Of a stretch of DNA of 64,000 nucleotides, positions 27,771-41,819 are shown one piece after another. The notes below the pieces were generated by a model. It ran no database searches, was not told where the DNA came from, and saw only the letters and a program-made list of their open reading frames with translations. Source of the DNA: Amphiscolops sp. MND2022. Its lineage: Eukaryota. Each line of letters opens with the position of its first letter. Position 1 is the stretch's first letter. The position numbers and the translations under genes were made by a program. The DNA is taken from NCBI GenBank assembly GCA_964187785.1, contig OZ076409.1, positions 26,290,001-26,354,000 on the forward strand, written 5' to 3'.

Positions 27771-30305
27771 AAAAAGTCTGTTTTGTTCGTTTTGATGCAT
27801 ACAGTGTATTATTTAATCTTTTATCAGTTCTGTTTCGATGGCCCATGAGAGCCATAACTAATTGAGTTCTTTTCAACTCAATTCAGAAGTTCATCTGTTC
27901 ATCTGAATTTCACCTGTTCAGAAGATGCTAAATCTATCGAATTTGAGTTTTTCTGATGATGCAGGAACAGAAAACAAATCTCTTTCGATTGAATTGTCAA
28001 GTTATGAAAAAGTTTTGGCCTAAATTTCACAACGCTTTAGAGAACAACTCGGGCTATTACGATCTTATAACAGTCATATTGTGCAAAAAATTCGAGTGCT
28101 ATGACATTGAAAGTCTACTTGGAACCGTTTTCTCAATTTTACGCGGTTTTTTTTAAGAAGAAGCCTGCGAACTTTGGCGATTGTAAGACACCTGTTCAGG
28201 CGCATCTTGATGTTTTAAGTCAACAGAATTTTTTTCTCAACTTCTCTCTGGAAGCTGTTTTGTTTCAAAGACTGTCGAATTAGTGCTACCCCTAACCTGT
28301 TATGATATCGCCAAAAGTATACAAAAAGTTTGTAGCCAAAAAATTCGTTCCAAAAACGCATTAAACAGAGGCTATTTTTAAATTTGGCAAAAAAATATTT
28401 TGAGAATTTAACGAATTCTCACACGCTAACCTTTTCGGAAGGCAGCGCAATTGGTGTTATAAGAAAATAAGGAAATGAAGAATGAAGTGCTAACTTGCAG
28501 ATATTTTTGCATTCTCGTTTATTCAAACAAGTAAAAAACTACTAACGTTCTGTCTTGACGCTGAGTGCGGGGGCACTCTTTTTGGCGGCTAAAAGTTTAT
28601 CCAAATTAGACATTTTGGGTTGTCACGCTTCTTGCACAATAAATTCCAGTCCAAACTCAGATGATGGCTGAAATATGGCTAGCTCTGATACAAACGCTTC
28701 TATCGAGTGAGCCGTGTTGTTGGTATTTTGTTACTCAAAGTGCAATTGTAGAACTCTTGGCTGTAAATTTTTACTCTGTTCATCAAACGAGTTTCATTGT
28801 GAAGAGACGCGATCTAATTTTTACGAAGGCGCAAAACGAAAAATGCTTCAAACGTTTATAGAAGGTACAAAATGATTGCTGTATGTGGTCGATGTTGGAC
28901 TCGACAAAGAAGAGAAGCAATTGTTTCGATTACAGCATCCAACTTTGATGACTACATTTAGTAAAATTGTCTGAAAAATTGTAGGTGAAATTAAGCGAGA
29001 ATAAGAAATTAATGAGTAGATATTTTCACGGCTCGCCAAGCTAATGACCCCGTTTACCTGTTCTGATACGGATACTGAAAGTAAAGTATGAAAAATATAC
29101 ATTGAATATATTTTATAAAATATCAGCGCTTCTCATCTAAACTCAGTCATTCAAACTGTTTTATCGCACAGCGATGATCAAAGATTTAATGCTTCATTGA
29201 GCTAAAAGTTCTTCATATCTTATATGTTTTTGAAACGAAGAGTCCAAATTTAATTGTAATTTTTATGCTTAAAATTTGAAAATTACTGCGCGAATCGTAC
29301 CGCCTTTTTGACTTCAGTGAAGCAAAAAAAATGATAGGCGCTGTACGTAAGTCCAGAGACATGCTTGCTTGGTCCAGAAATCATTATTTGCTTGAAGGAT
29401 TTTCTTCTGGAAGGAAACTGGAAATAACGGATAAATTTGTTTCATTATAAACAAAATAATCCACACCAAGAAGCTCAATGTGAAAGCTGGGATAGACAAT
29501 GGGATAGATAATTCAAGACAGATTCGGCCGTTAGAGGGCGCAAACGGAAAACCGCACTATCGAGTTTTAGGGATATTAACAGTTAAGAAAAAGTCTTTTC
29601 TTAACCCTCAAAAGTCCCCCTTGGATTTTTTATTACTAGTTACAGTTAACGAAAAATATCACAGTGCCACTGTGCTTCTTGTTATCTGATTTTGAATTAG
29701 GCGCATTGATGTTTTTTACCGAGATTCGTTTTTAAATTGGTTTTAATTTTGCCACCACAACAAATCAACTCACCATGAGAAAAAGTCTCCAAGTTAGAGC
29801 ATGTAAGATTTTTAGTTTTCCAGTAGCTTTAACTATTTGTTGAGAATAGCTCCACTACAACTCAATTAAACCCGTAGGTACCATGCACGAGACAAGGACT
29901 GGCTGAGTATCTACATAAATTTTTATTAACTCCGAAGAAGAGACGAATCAACTTAATCGAAGGCGGTGGGGGTAAGTGTGACAAGGAAATCACGATCTTT
30001 ACAACTTTGCTATTTTTCCCTCTTCCAGGGGTTTGTCTCGCTACTCTTAGGCTGTTAAAAATTATCTTTTCGCTGATGAAAAGAAGCAGGTTGAACTTTA
30101 ATTACTATACATCAAATAAATAAGTCGAGTAATAGACACAAATACAATTTCACGTCCACGAATAATAGAATGAATAATATGATAACATCGATAATAGCGG
30201 AGAATATTACTGAGTATATTAGCAGGCATATTAAGAGGCATATAACACAAGAGAACAGTAAACAAGATTTTCAGCAAGGTTAAGTTTTTTGTATCCGTAA
30301 GGATG

Positions 30306-33036
30306 GGGGTGATATCGAAGATATCGGAAGAATCAACTCGCCGCAAAATCTCTATCGGTCTTGGAGTGAAAACAACAATCCGTGTATTATCAGCCCACTT
30401 AGGCTTAAACCGTGTATTATCAGCCCACTTAGGCTTAAACCGTGTATTATCAGCCCACTTAGGCTTAACCGTGTATTATCAGCCCACTTAGGCTCAACCG
30501 TGTATTATCAGCCCACTTAGGCTCAACCGTGTATTATCAGCCCACTTAGGCTTAACCGTGTATTATCAGCCCACTTAGGCTCAACCGTGTATTATCAGCC
30601 CACTTAGGCTCAACCGTGTATTATCAGCCCACTTAGGCTCAACCGTGTATTATCAGCCCACTTAGGCTCAACCGTGTATTATCAGCCCACTTAGGCTCTT
30701 TTACATGTAATACGATAGACCAGCAGTCCACCCTACTCCCGGGTCGAAATCCGTACTAGCGAAAAGCGGGGTAGCAACAAATCAGGCAACTTCAGGTTGT
30801 TAGGCTGAAGGCACGTGCTAACCGGCCAGACGAAGTAAATCTGCAATTTCGATAGTCCGGCGTCTGATGCGGGATGCTATCGGACGCAAAGCAGCAAACC
30901 GTTCTCTAGATTTCAACTCACTTTGTGTGTCGCTAAAATGGCGCACACTTCGGCCTAAGTTACTTTTTCGGCAGTTTAGTCATATCATTATTCATAGTTT
31001 ATCATCTTTCCTTTTTCGGGTTCTGACTAAGTGTTGAGCAATACAGTTTTTTTCCTACTTCGGTACTGAAAGTTCATTAGAAGTACATTTTCTCAGCACG
31101 AGTCGGTCCTAGTTCCACCTCCTTGTCAATCATGACTGATGGTTTTACTTCGTTTTCAATAGAATTTAAGGGGTGGTGCTACTGACTCAGTGTTTCCCAC
31201 TTTTGTAAGCACGACTTGAACTTCGACTTACTGATTGACATTTGCACTTTTTGCCAGGTCTCTTTTTCTCACGCGGTTCCTGACAACTCTCTTCAGCTAA
31301 AAATGGCTGAAGGAAACAATTTTCTACAATTTACAATGACCTAAAAGGCGATTTCAATTCATATCTAAAAAAAGTCGATTTTCGTGTTACAATTTCTAAG
31401 GGCGAAAACAAGGTGTTCCGATCACGGGGGGCAAAAACCAAGTACACCATTTGAAAGTACAATTCAAGTGCTACAAAAGCTTACTCCATGGTTTTCTTTC
31501 TATTTCAACTCCTTCACTATGAAAAACGCCTCTAAAGTTGGGTAGTCAAAAATCACCCATCGGTTTTCACGCAAATCTCAACTTTGGAGTGCTAGTACTC
31601 AGTCAATTTGAAAGATACAGGCTGGGGGCTTATATACATCGTTAGCCCAAGCCATTAGTAGTATTTTGCACTTTAGATGAGGTCTCTATCTTTTCTCAAC
31701 AAATTTTGATAGTACTTTTTCTGAAAGTAGTCATTTTCCCGATTTTTATGTCTGGACTTTCAACTTTGGAGGCCAATATCTCGAAACCAGGGCATTTTTC
31801 GGAAAAACGCTTCTGCTAAACGCTGTGCGCCTGGGTCTTGTGCGTCTACCCTGAAAGTTTCAGCTCGATATCGCCCAAAACGTGCGGGGGGGGGTTCGCA
31901 TTTTGGTAGGTCGACATCCCTATCGGCTGAAAGAAATCACAACTTTAAATTCTTGGGGGTTCTTCGCTAGCGCACCGCAGCACTCTATTTATTATTCTAT
32001 TCACTCCTCCACTTCAATTCTCAAGTACGCTGTGAAGGGGGCGGCTATTGTGCGCTTACACGTTGAGTACTACGCGATAACATGCGAAAAACGGCTTTTT
32101 AGGCCATTTTAGGGCTGTTTTTAACGTTTGCTGGCTCAGTTCTCAAAAACTACTGAATATTATTTATTTTCCAATTAACACAAGTTAGGGCATCCATTTA
32201 TCTTTAATTTAAGCCATATCCGAACATTTTCTGACAACTGTAGCGATCGCACGAAATTTTTAAACGAAACTCAATTTTGGAAAATCGTCAAAATTTTATA
32301 TGCACTTATTTTTAAAGCGTCTCCCCGATATGTTCCCGGGGTCGCACAACGCTCATATTCTCAACTTAAGCTCTCCTTTGGATGGGCTTTTGAATGCTGA
32401 AAACCGTTTGTTGCTATCTTTTTTCATCTTCGAGAAATCGGGTTTTGATTTTTAATTTCTATTAAGAGGGGGGATTAATTCAAAGTGTGCGGCGGCCGTT
32501 TTCTTATTAGCTACGCGTACAGCCACTCACAGCGCGTTCTAATTTTCATTCCTTTCGCTTTCTGACACGCTTAGGTGAGTTGCATTCAATGCTTATACCG
32601 CGTACTGTGAAGTTTCACTCTCGCATACCCTCAAATACATGTATTAACATAGTAATTTGACTAAATTTCTTTTCACAGTATTTTATGACTTCTAATGCTT
32701 TTTCTGTGGAAATTCATTACTGAAAAGTTCTTAAAGGTTTACTCAACACGTAGTCAGGTCAAAAAGGAACATTTTGGTGGTTTAATTTTTCTTATATTCG
32801 CAATAGGTATTGAGAAATTCAATGTTAAAGTTTCGTTCCGAATAGAATTTTCTTACATAGGTTTAGGTGGTGGCGGCCGTCTCACTGCATTAATACGTTG
32901 CGCGGTCACTTCATAGCAGCTAAGGATGGTTCTTTTAGTAGTCCGCGAGACTAAAGACAATATTATTGACATTAAACAATAGTGTGAGGTACTTGAGGTA
33001 CTTATTGTAATCTTTACTTTTATACGATATCACCCC
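30306..33036. mobile_element. Putative non-coding element bounded by a 12-bp inverted repeat
   Basis: GGGGTGATATCG (30306-30317) / CGATATCACCCC (33025-33036). No ORF and no clean TSD; class unresolved (long solo LTR TG..CA or TIR element). Confidence 0.4.
30380..30698. repeat. 29/30-bp minisatellite (CCGTGTATTATCAGCCCACTTAGGCT[C/T]AA), 11 copies
   Basis: Near-perfect head-to-tail array without spacers. Confidence 0.95.
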
Positions 33037-34149
33037 GTAAAATCTACCTTGCTGATGAACTAAAATTTAATAAACACCAAATCATGAGCGAAAAGTCAAA
33101 AATCCTACAGAGCATTAAACTGGCGTCCCAAAACTAAGTGAACCAAAGAAGGATGCATAAGATTTTTCAAACATTCAAATTTCAAAATAATTTGTCAACA
33201 AGACGCACACTGGGCTCCAAGATGTTTAAACGACAACATACAAAAACATATAAAAACAACATTAAAAAATTTAAAATTTGTTAACAAGATGTCAAAAAAA
33301 TTCCAAAAATTAATCAACAATTGCCAATGATTCAGAACAACATCAATTCCGAGGAAAAATTAGACAATTTTGGCTGGTATTTCGAACTAGAATCAACAAA
33401 TCTCTCTTTTCGACCACAGAGTTATTGGTAACCAACTTTTTTCGAGAGAGGATGCGCCATTACTGAAATTTGTGTACCGTTTTTTGCGGGTCACCTAGCA
33501 ACCAAGGAAATAGAGAACTTGCAGAAAAAGTGGATAGAAAAAATACTTTGATACCTTTTGGCTCGTTATAGGTTTCTGTGAAAAAGTTATGTCGAATAGT
33601 TATTCGTTTTGTCATAGACTTCTGTGAACGTTTATACCTCAAATAACATTCAAAACTGAACCAAAGTTGAAAAATATATCAATTTAAAATGGGAATTGAA
33701 ACGTGACTTATATCCATAGAAAAACCATGGTAACTAGTAAGCTCCAGCGAACCGAAAATATCCAGAAACCTTACATAAAAAAACTTGTAACACAAGAGAT
33801 CCAATTGAAAGTTTCAATGGAAGAAATGTTATCTTGTGAGTATCAAATTGAAACATGGCGAAATAAACAGAAACAATCAGAGAATAAATCTTTACCACAG
33901 TGCAATATGGGCCGAAACAACACATTCCTAACGAACTTTCAGCACTGCAATTTAGCGCGTTATTCAGTCAACAACCAAATCGACTGTTTTTCACTGAAGC
34001 AAATGTACTTACACAAAAAAATGTGGACATTTACAAACTTCGACTGTTTCAAAATGAATAATGGCAAATAAAACGCCTCCAATGAACTGAAAATTTTATG
34101 CATATATGCAAATAGGGTTGTTCTATTTTGGGTTGATTTCGGCATGTTC

Positions 34150-34857
34150 TATGAGAATGTTTATTACGTATTGTTCTTTTCCTTGGTTAGATATCAATGC
34201 TTCCGGGATTGTGTTTTTACTGTTCTTCCTCTCGTAAATATTCTGTTTTATCATTTCGATGGTTTTCTTCGTTCCGGCGGATTTCTATTTCATTAATTTG
34301 TCCCGGATCTTTTTGTCTGTGATTGCGGTCTTGAAATTCGAGATTAGTAGTTCTTCGGATGTTATGCTCTCAAAGTTTAAATCCTTCTCGATCTCTATCA
34401 GTCTCCGCTAGAACTCTTCTAGTGTTTGGTCACAGTTTGTTTTGCCCAAAAGAATTCAGCCCGGTCGTGATATACATTTCTTTTCGGTAGGAATTATTCG
34501 TTGAATAACCGTATTAAATCTTTAATTGCTATTTTGTCTAGTTCCGTTTTATATTCTGCACGTGTGATTCGATGAAGTGCTTCTGGGACAATGCCCCATA
34601 TGAAGTCCATTTGTACTTCAGTTTTTTTCCCGGGCCAACCAGTTGGCATCATTTCGGCGTCCCGTATTAATTTCGTTATGTTCAATTGAGTTTTCTCTTC
34701 GTCTATTGTTGAAATCTTTCGAGCCATTGCTTCGGTGTTTATATCAGCTTTTCGTCGGTGGTGTCCTCGAAATATGATACTTCATTTTTTTCTTGCGTCA
34801 TCTTCTTGGTTTCGATAAAATAACGTCACTAGATAAATTGACCTGCTGATTGCGCCA
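34150..34857 (-). pseudogene. Decayed Ty3/Gypsy gag fragment with PBS
   Basis: On the minus strand, ACA is followed by TGGCGCAATCAGCAGG (tRNA-Ser-like PBS, 34857-34842), then gag-like ...LIRLFNE*FLPKRNVYHDRAEFFWAKQ with stops. Confidence 0.6.
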
Positions 34858-35167
34858 TGTTCTATTTTCGTTTGATAAAAAAGGTAGCGTTTTTCTAAAG
34901 TCCTCAATTCATCAAATGATCGTTATAGCAAACATTATCTCAATAAATCTTTATAAATCTAATTTAACATACATATTGTTTGTAAATTTGTAAAAATGTA
35001 TAAACATAAACTCTAATCATTATTGCTCAATTTGGGATCAGTTTGATTGACAGCTTGTGAACCGAATAATTCGGAATCGGTATTACAAAGAAAAACAAAG
35101 GTCCTAAAAAACTCCAAAAATAGGTTTTTCCATCGATTCTCTTTTGGCAAGACATTCTGCAAAAAAA

Positions 35168-35551
35168 AACAAGACGGGAACGTCTAAAGTCGGCGCTATA
35201 TCTAAGGCTCAAAAAGCGCAAAAGACTTTTTTTTGAAGGGGGACTCTTTTGAGACATTAAAAATTTTTCGAAAAAAAGTCGCACAATGCCGAAAAAATAT
35301 CGGAAGGGGGGACCCTTCAGTCTCGTCCGGTTTTGTAGGTTACGTTAAAATAGTAAAAAACGAGAGGGGGGACCCTGTTGCACTAATTTCCGCTGACCGG
35401 ACTTGGCCTTTTGGTAGTAGTTTTAGTAGTTTCGATTGTAAGAAAAGTGGCCCAATCAGAGTGAGATTGTAGTCTGACGAAAAAATAAAGAAATAAAAAA
35501 ACTAGCCACTGTAATAGTCGGGCACTTTTCATTAGGAAAGCGCCGACTAAT
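35168..35551 (-). mobile_element. HINE-like family A copy
   Basis: Reverse-complement match to 56259-56767 and to the termini of 2049-2642. Confidence 0.65.
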
Positions 35552-36757
35552 AATTGAATACACTGCATTTTCATCATTATATACGTTATGACTTAAACAG
35601 TTTTAATATTTTTCGATTTAGAAAGGCAAAAAATTGGGAACGGTTAACACCGTCCTTCAATTGGTTAGGCTGCATTTTCGATTGTTATATACGCTTCCCA
35701 GATGGAGCATTGTCATGGTTCAACTTGAAAAGATACAAAAGTTCGAAAATGATTAGATGCAAGCATCAGTCTTCCTGCTGAGTTCTTATAAAAATCTGAT
35801 AGAACGTCAAAACATCGGAATAAGCGCACTCTGCATCGAAAGACACTTTTTTGAATACGGTATTATCTTAAATCAATTAGAAAAGTTTCTGAAGTTCTAC
35901 ACAACATTTTCGAAAAATTTAGTGAAGGAAGAAATTTTTCAATGAGGTGTGGGGATGCTTTTTCCGACTAACCAATGCTACTTGACGTGAAAACATTTTA
36001 AAAAACTTTCGTGAAAACTCGTTGCGAAAAGTTTTCGCCTAGTGCTATAATACAACAAAAAGATCAGCTTTAGGCTGGAAAATTGAGTTGTCTGACTGGA
36101 AACATCACAAAACAAAAGTTTGCTCAAGCTAAACCAGTTGTGCTGTTGACATCCCAGTCCCACGCGTACCTTTTAGGTCTCAGCAGTCTTTGATTGAAGT
36201 TGTAGGCTAATGGCTCTCGCAAACTTCCTCGGCGTTTCAGGATAAGATGAATTACCGGTGTCTCATCAACAATCCTTCTCGTTTGTCGAAATTTACTGTT
36301 TTTTTGAGGCACCCGTTATTCTGGGATCTGGAAGTGTTGGATTTGTTTTCTTTCAAATTTTCGTTCATGCCGATAAGAGCAAGTGTTTGTTATGCGCGAA
36401 CCGAACACCAATCAGCGACTGTTTTGTGCACCGGTCGAACAGCGTCATTTTGTTGTTTGGTTTTAGGGTCGCTCATGCCGTTTTGATTACCAATTTCTCT
36501 TTATACACTTCGTCGGCGTTGACAGGTGCGATTGAATTACTACAAAGATATTTTTTCAGTGGCAAAATCTCGCCTGCAACAATATTGTTCACAACCTATT
36601 TTTGTTGATTAAGCGTTTATTTATCGACGATATAAATGTCCGTTGCAATATGTCAACTAAATAATTGTTAAAAGGGGCGAAATAAGAGCTTTTCAGCCCG
36701 ACACAGAAAATTTCGAACTGAGAACCAGCGTTACTACCTAAAGAAATTTATTTTTAT

Positions 36758-38470
36758 TCATTGGTAAAGTAACGAGTCACATAGAAAATCCGAAAGAAAA
36801 AAGTGAGTACTTAAAACTTCAGAATTGTTTGAGATAAAATTGCTAGCAATGTTTGTTGTGAAACTTTTAACTGGCGATTCTGATGAAGTTTTCAGGTTAG
36901 TGGGTTTTAGGTCAAGAGTAAGTAACCAATTGTATGATCTGACGATGGTGTTCTTTAAGGAACGCGCTTGGAGGATAGTTCGAGAGTAGGGTGTTACTAA
37001 AAGACCTTTTGCTTTTCCCCGAAAGTTCCGATCGGACGGAATGTAATTACAGGATACAAAATTGAAAGGTGACTTGTCTCTATGCTGCTTGAACAACTCC
37101 CGTACAAGCACAAAAATATGTCTTTTGGAATAGAATGTTGTATCAATTTGGTCACCAAGGCATTTGCAGTGTTTTTTAGTTGGCGCATTTTAGAAGAAAA
37201 TGAGCCCGACTATTACAGTGGCTAGTTTTTTTTTCGTCAGATAACAGAAGGTATGCGTAGTGGACACTTTTTACAGAACAGAACTACTAAACTAAAGTAC
37301 TGGATCGGCAAACGGGGAGCGTATTTAAGATAGTGCAAAGGGTCCCCCCTTTCAGTTACTCCATTTTTATCGTAAGATACAAAACCTGACGAGACAATAG
37401 GGTCCCCCTTTGAGTTTTTTTCGGCACTGTGCGACTTTTTTTCGAAATTTTTTTTTGTCTCCAAAGGGTCCCCCCTTCAATTTTTTGCTGTTTTGCGACA
37501 AAATGGATGTTGGAAAATTCCAAAGGCCCCCCCCCTTTCAGTTTTTTTCGGCACTGTGAGATTTTTTTTTAAAACAAAAACTTTTCATCCCTTCAATTTT
37601 TTGATGTTTTGCGACTGAATGGATGGTGAAAAACCCCAAAAGGTCCCTCCTTTCAGTTTTTTTCGGCACTGTGAGATTTTTTTCCGAAAATTATTTTCTC
37701 TCCAAAGGGTCCCCCTTCAATTTCTTTGATATTTTACAACACATTGGGTGTTTAAAAATCCCAAAGGGTCCCCCCTTTCAGTTTTTCGGCATTGTGAGAT
37801 TTTTTCGAAAATTTGTTTTTTCTCCAAAGGGTTCCTCCTTCAACTGCAACAAAAATGTTGACAATTGCGGAAGTGTCCCTCTTTTAGCGCGCCGGGGGCT
37901 CGCGCTAGCGGGGCCCGGCGCGCCACTCAGTCCATTTTTTTGGTTTTTCGAAAAAAAATTCGATAAAATTTCGAAAAAAAAATTTAAAGTTTTTTTTCAA
38001 AAAAAGTCATTTGCGCTTTTTGAGCCTTAGATATGGCGCCGACTTTAGACGTTCTTGTCTTGTTCAATAGTAAATCCGTGTCGAGGGCAGGATTTTGGAA
38101 AGGTTGTACACTGCAAAAGCGACAGTTTCGCAATTTTCTACACAAACGATTAGTTTGTTTGTGACAAGTCACTCTCTAACGCGTTCAATTTTGCTAGTAG
38201 TTTCATGTGATTTATTTCGACCACGGATATATACAATTGTATCATCTGCGAATAATGTTATTTTACAGCGAACACAATTCTTGGCGTCAATATTGTAGAT
38301 GAGAAAGAAAAACGGGCCCAGGACAGAGCCCTTTGGAACTCCACGAGTTTTTGAGTGCATTTGAGCGCTTGTATTGTTCGATTTTTCATCAAAGAAATGT
38401 TGTCTATCTTTTGAATGATTTCTAATGAAATTGAGTGCTGGTCCTCTAAACCCATATCTGTAACTCTTCT
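36758..38470 (-). pseudogene. Decayed LINE reverse transcriptase fragment split by a HINE-like insertion
   Basis: GVPKGSVLGPFFFLIY and LFADDT motifs in ORF 38169-38360, and an ORF2 C-terminal-like remnant at 36758-37188. Confidence 0.65.
37172..38063 (+). mobile_element. HINE-like family A copy
   Basis: Same 5' hairpin, 3' GCGCCGACTTTAGACGTTCTTGTCTTGTT end, and expanded internal AAGGGTCCCCC repeats. Confidence 0.65.
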
Positions 38471-38775
38471 CTACAAAAATTGAAGGATCGCTAACAGTAA
38501 ATTTTGCGACGTGCGGCAGTCCGTAGCTGTTGAAAATGGCCGTGTTATCAGTATGTTGGAATAATATTTTCCTCTAGTAAGCCGCTTGATTTTCTCCCTA
38601 TGAATGTGTTTGTCTTTGGTCACAGTCTATTCTATTGTTATTAGGTTAAAATCGTTTTAATTCCAACAGTACTTAGCTGAAATTAGACAACCATGTCCTC
38701 TCCCAAACTGTACTCTTCGGCAAGAACATGTCGGTCCTGGAACGGACTGTGACAACATGCTCTATAAAAATTACG

Positions 38776-40692
38776 TGTCGCAGGCTGCCGCCTGTGACGG
38801 TACAAAGATCACAACGACGGTGGAAGGACAAGAAATAGCTGTCGGCACTCTACCCACCTACTAGAGAAAAGTAATTGAAACTTTTACATTCCAGTATTTT
38901 ATACGTTGTGCTTATTGGAATTGTTCGTTTTGTTTTGTACGTATAAGTATTAGTATTAGTCTGTTAAAGTTAACAATTGGAAAGTTAAGATGAGATGTCT
39001 GCAAAATGCAATTGGCAATGTAAACAATTGGAGTAATCAATACAGCTAGGCAGCATAAAGGAAACGAGTTCAAGTGAACGTAACTTCAATGCCAGAAGCG
39101 TCACTTGATCTCGTTATGCTAGCTAATCAAATTCATCCATTTGGCGGTGCTACCATTGTATTCATCCATTGGCCAAATTAGGCCTAGTGACGTAATTTCA
39201 CTTTCATTGTTAAGTACATTAGTCTAATGGCCGGTTTCGGCCGTCTAGTGCCTGTAAATGATAAGTTGCCTAATATGCTTCTACTCAATTGGTAACTGAG
39301 CGATTGTGCTTTCATGTTAACCAGATGCCTCATTTGTGCAGTTTTATGCTTTATTCCAGTAAGTGGCCACTTGCCAAAATATTGTTTTCTGTTGATAAAG
39401 CCAATTGGATAAAGGCCGATTTCGGCTCTTTTGAAATCAGCCATCCAAATGTCAAATTAGAGTGATATACATATATGCTCATGCTTTAATGTCAAGTGTG
39501 GCTGTATTTACACTAGAAATTATTAGTGATCTCTCTTTAAAGTGATCAGTGCAATTGATAATAGTTTGCGGTGTAATATTGAGTGGTAGTCTCGTAGACT
39601 AATTTGGCTAACCTACCCAATTGATATGTACCAATCATGACCGTATTGGGCATGATAAACATGTGCAGGAGTACACGGCTATAGTAGTTAGCCACCAAGA
39701 TAGTCCAACCGTGCAGACACGTGCCGACTCGGGACAGTTGAAATTCTTCAAATATTTGTTATGTAACACCCTGTTTGATGTATCTCATACCTTTCAAATG
39801 TTTAGTTGTGTAAAGAATGAAGGAATTTGAAAGGCCACATGACCTCCCCAACCACATTTCGGCGGCACTTAGATGTTCGTACGAAAATACTTATCAGGTG
39901 CTTTCGGAATGTTGTTGTCACATTTTTCGAATAATTATGTCTTGAATACCCGCCTGAGGGAGTATATATAGGAGCTACTCTTTTAGACGGACACAATTTT
40001 TTGTTTCGCTCCTTACATTCAGTTAATACCACAACTTTGTTGTAAACCTTCTCCAAACACTGTTTCTTGGTGTTAAATAGTTTATTATTTGACCAGGTTC
40101 GTTTCAATGCCTACAACTAGAAAGCAGAAAAAGGCAAGGAAGTCGAGAGGACTTGAAATGTTATCAGATATTGAGAACTTAGATATCATGCTGGGTGAAA
40201 ACCATTTTAACACGAGGGAAAGGGAAGGCAGCCCAAACAGTAATATGCTTAGGAGATCTAGGAGCTTTGTGAGCAATGAGTCCATAAATGAAGAAGAGGA
40301 CTTAGAAAGAAATCAGAGAAATGTTAACTCTGGAACAAAAGCCGAATGCGACCAAAATTCAGTTACAGGCAATTCTAGTGCCGAGATAAACAAGTTGTCA
40401 AGTGAACTAAATTCTCGTATTTCACGGGAAATGGACGAGATGATGAATTCTGTGAGTGTTCAGATACAAAGAGCCATAAGTAATGCAAAAAGCACTCAAG
40501 TACATCCCCAGATTCAAAACGCTATTATGGCCGGATCAGTACACGGGACCAGAAAGGGATGGGACGCCCCGTCCGAGAGACTGGAACTAATTCCCGAAGT
40601 TCAGCGAAACTTAAACGCAAAGAGCAGCCTGAGAAATGAACAAGATGAAAATCAGCTGAACAATGATTAACCTGATCTAAATGTTCATGACA
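38776..40692 (+). repeat. 5' LTR (1917 bp)
   Basis: TGTCGC...ATGACA, highly similar to 53204-55134. TATA-like TATATATAGG at ~39963. Confidence 0.95.
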
Positions 40693-41819
40693 TGGTGACA
40701 GGAGACAACGAATCTCCAAATCCAGTTCCTGAGTTTCTCACAGGACGTATCCCATCAAGAACTCATCTCAATCAGTCCTACGAGGACATCAACTTTGACA
40801 CGACGATCCCAGCGCACGAGAGAATTGCTACAGCTGCCGATCCTGATCCCATTACTAGATTGGCCGACCTCTTGACTACGATGCAGAATAGACCAACAGC
40901 ACAACAACTCACAATACGCCCAGTCAACTCCAACACTATGACTTTTGACGGCAAGAGTGAGAAATTTGAGCTGTTCGAAAATCTCTTCCACACTATGATC
41001 AAGATGCAGCCAGAAATGACCGAGCAAATGAAAATTAATCATTTTCATTCATTGTTGAGGAAAAATGCTCTCCAGACGTTCAGAAATATCAATTCGACAA
41101 ACCGACAAACCCTCGAAGACGTACTGGTCATTTTCAGACGAAAATATATCAAACCCGAATCACAGGCGACTGCCAAACATAAATGGCACCGTCTGGTCTT
41201 TGACCCTAACACGATGAAACTGCCTGATTTCCTTGAAGAATTGAATCAAGGGGCAGAGAAAGCGTTTGGAGACCATGCGCAGAAAATGATTGACAGCTTG
41301 CTTTACGCAAAACTACCACCAAAACTGAAGCGGTCCGTCAATATGGCCAGATTAGAAAATGGCTCATACGATGAGATAGTTGCTCATTTGGAGAGAGAAT
41401 TGGAGCTTAACGCTCTCGAGGAGTCAGACGACCTACCAATGGCAACAATGACTTCCTCATCTGCCAAGCCCAAAACTCCTCTGTCCACTGGGCAAATGTC
41501 AGACATCACTTGCAATTACTGCAAGGAAAAGGGCCACATGGTCAAGGACTGTGAGAAACTAAAAAAGAAAAAAGAGAAAGATGCCCAACAAGGCAAGTCG
41601 ACTCACAAGAAAACATATCCGGAGTGTGGCACTTGTGGCAAAAAGAACCACCCAGAAGAAAGATGTTGGCAAGGTGCCGGTGCACATCTTAAACCCAAAC
41701 GCACTAGACCCGAGGACTCAAATGATAATAAGCCTAATTCAAAGGCTCAGAAACCTCAGACCAAGCCGACATCATCAAGTTCCCAATCCTCATCTTCTAA
41801 TGATGAGTCAAAAAATTAA
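40107..41819 (+). CDS. gag: Gag (about 570 aa; one premature stop in this copy)
   Basis: ORFs 40089-40670 and 40692-41819 are in frame. TAA at 40668 is TAC at 55110 in the other LTR. Capsid-like FDGKSEKFELFE region and two CCHC knuckles (CNYCKEKGHMVKDC, CGTCGKKNHPEERC). Confidence 0.85.
40693..40704 (+). promoter_or_regulatory. Putative primer-binding site
   Basis: TGGTGACAGGAG directly after the LTR CA. It resembles the complement of a tRNA-Leu 3' end (TGGTGTCAGGAG); tRNA identity is uncertain. Confidence 0.55.

Noticed and set aside
30380..30698. CRISPR-like array of ~29-bp repeats
   Set aside because: Repeats are contiguous with no unique spacers, there are no cas genes, and the context is eukaryotic.
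35027..38172. ORFs within HINE-like repeats (K/F/G/P-rich)
   Set aside because: Low-complexity translations of non-coding repeat sequence.
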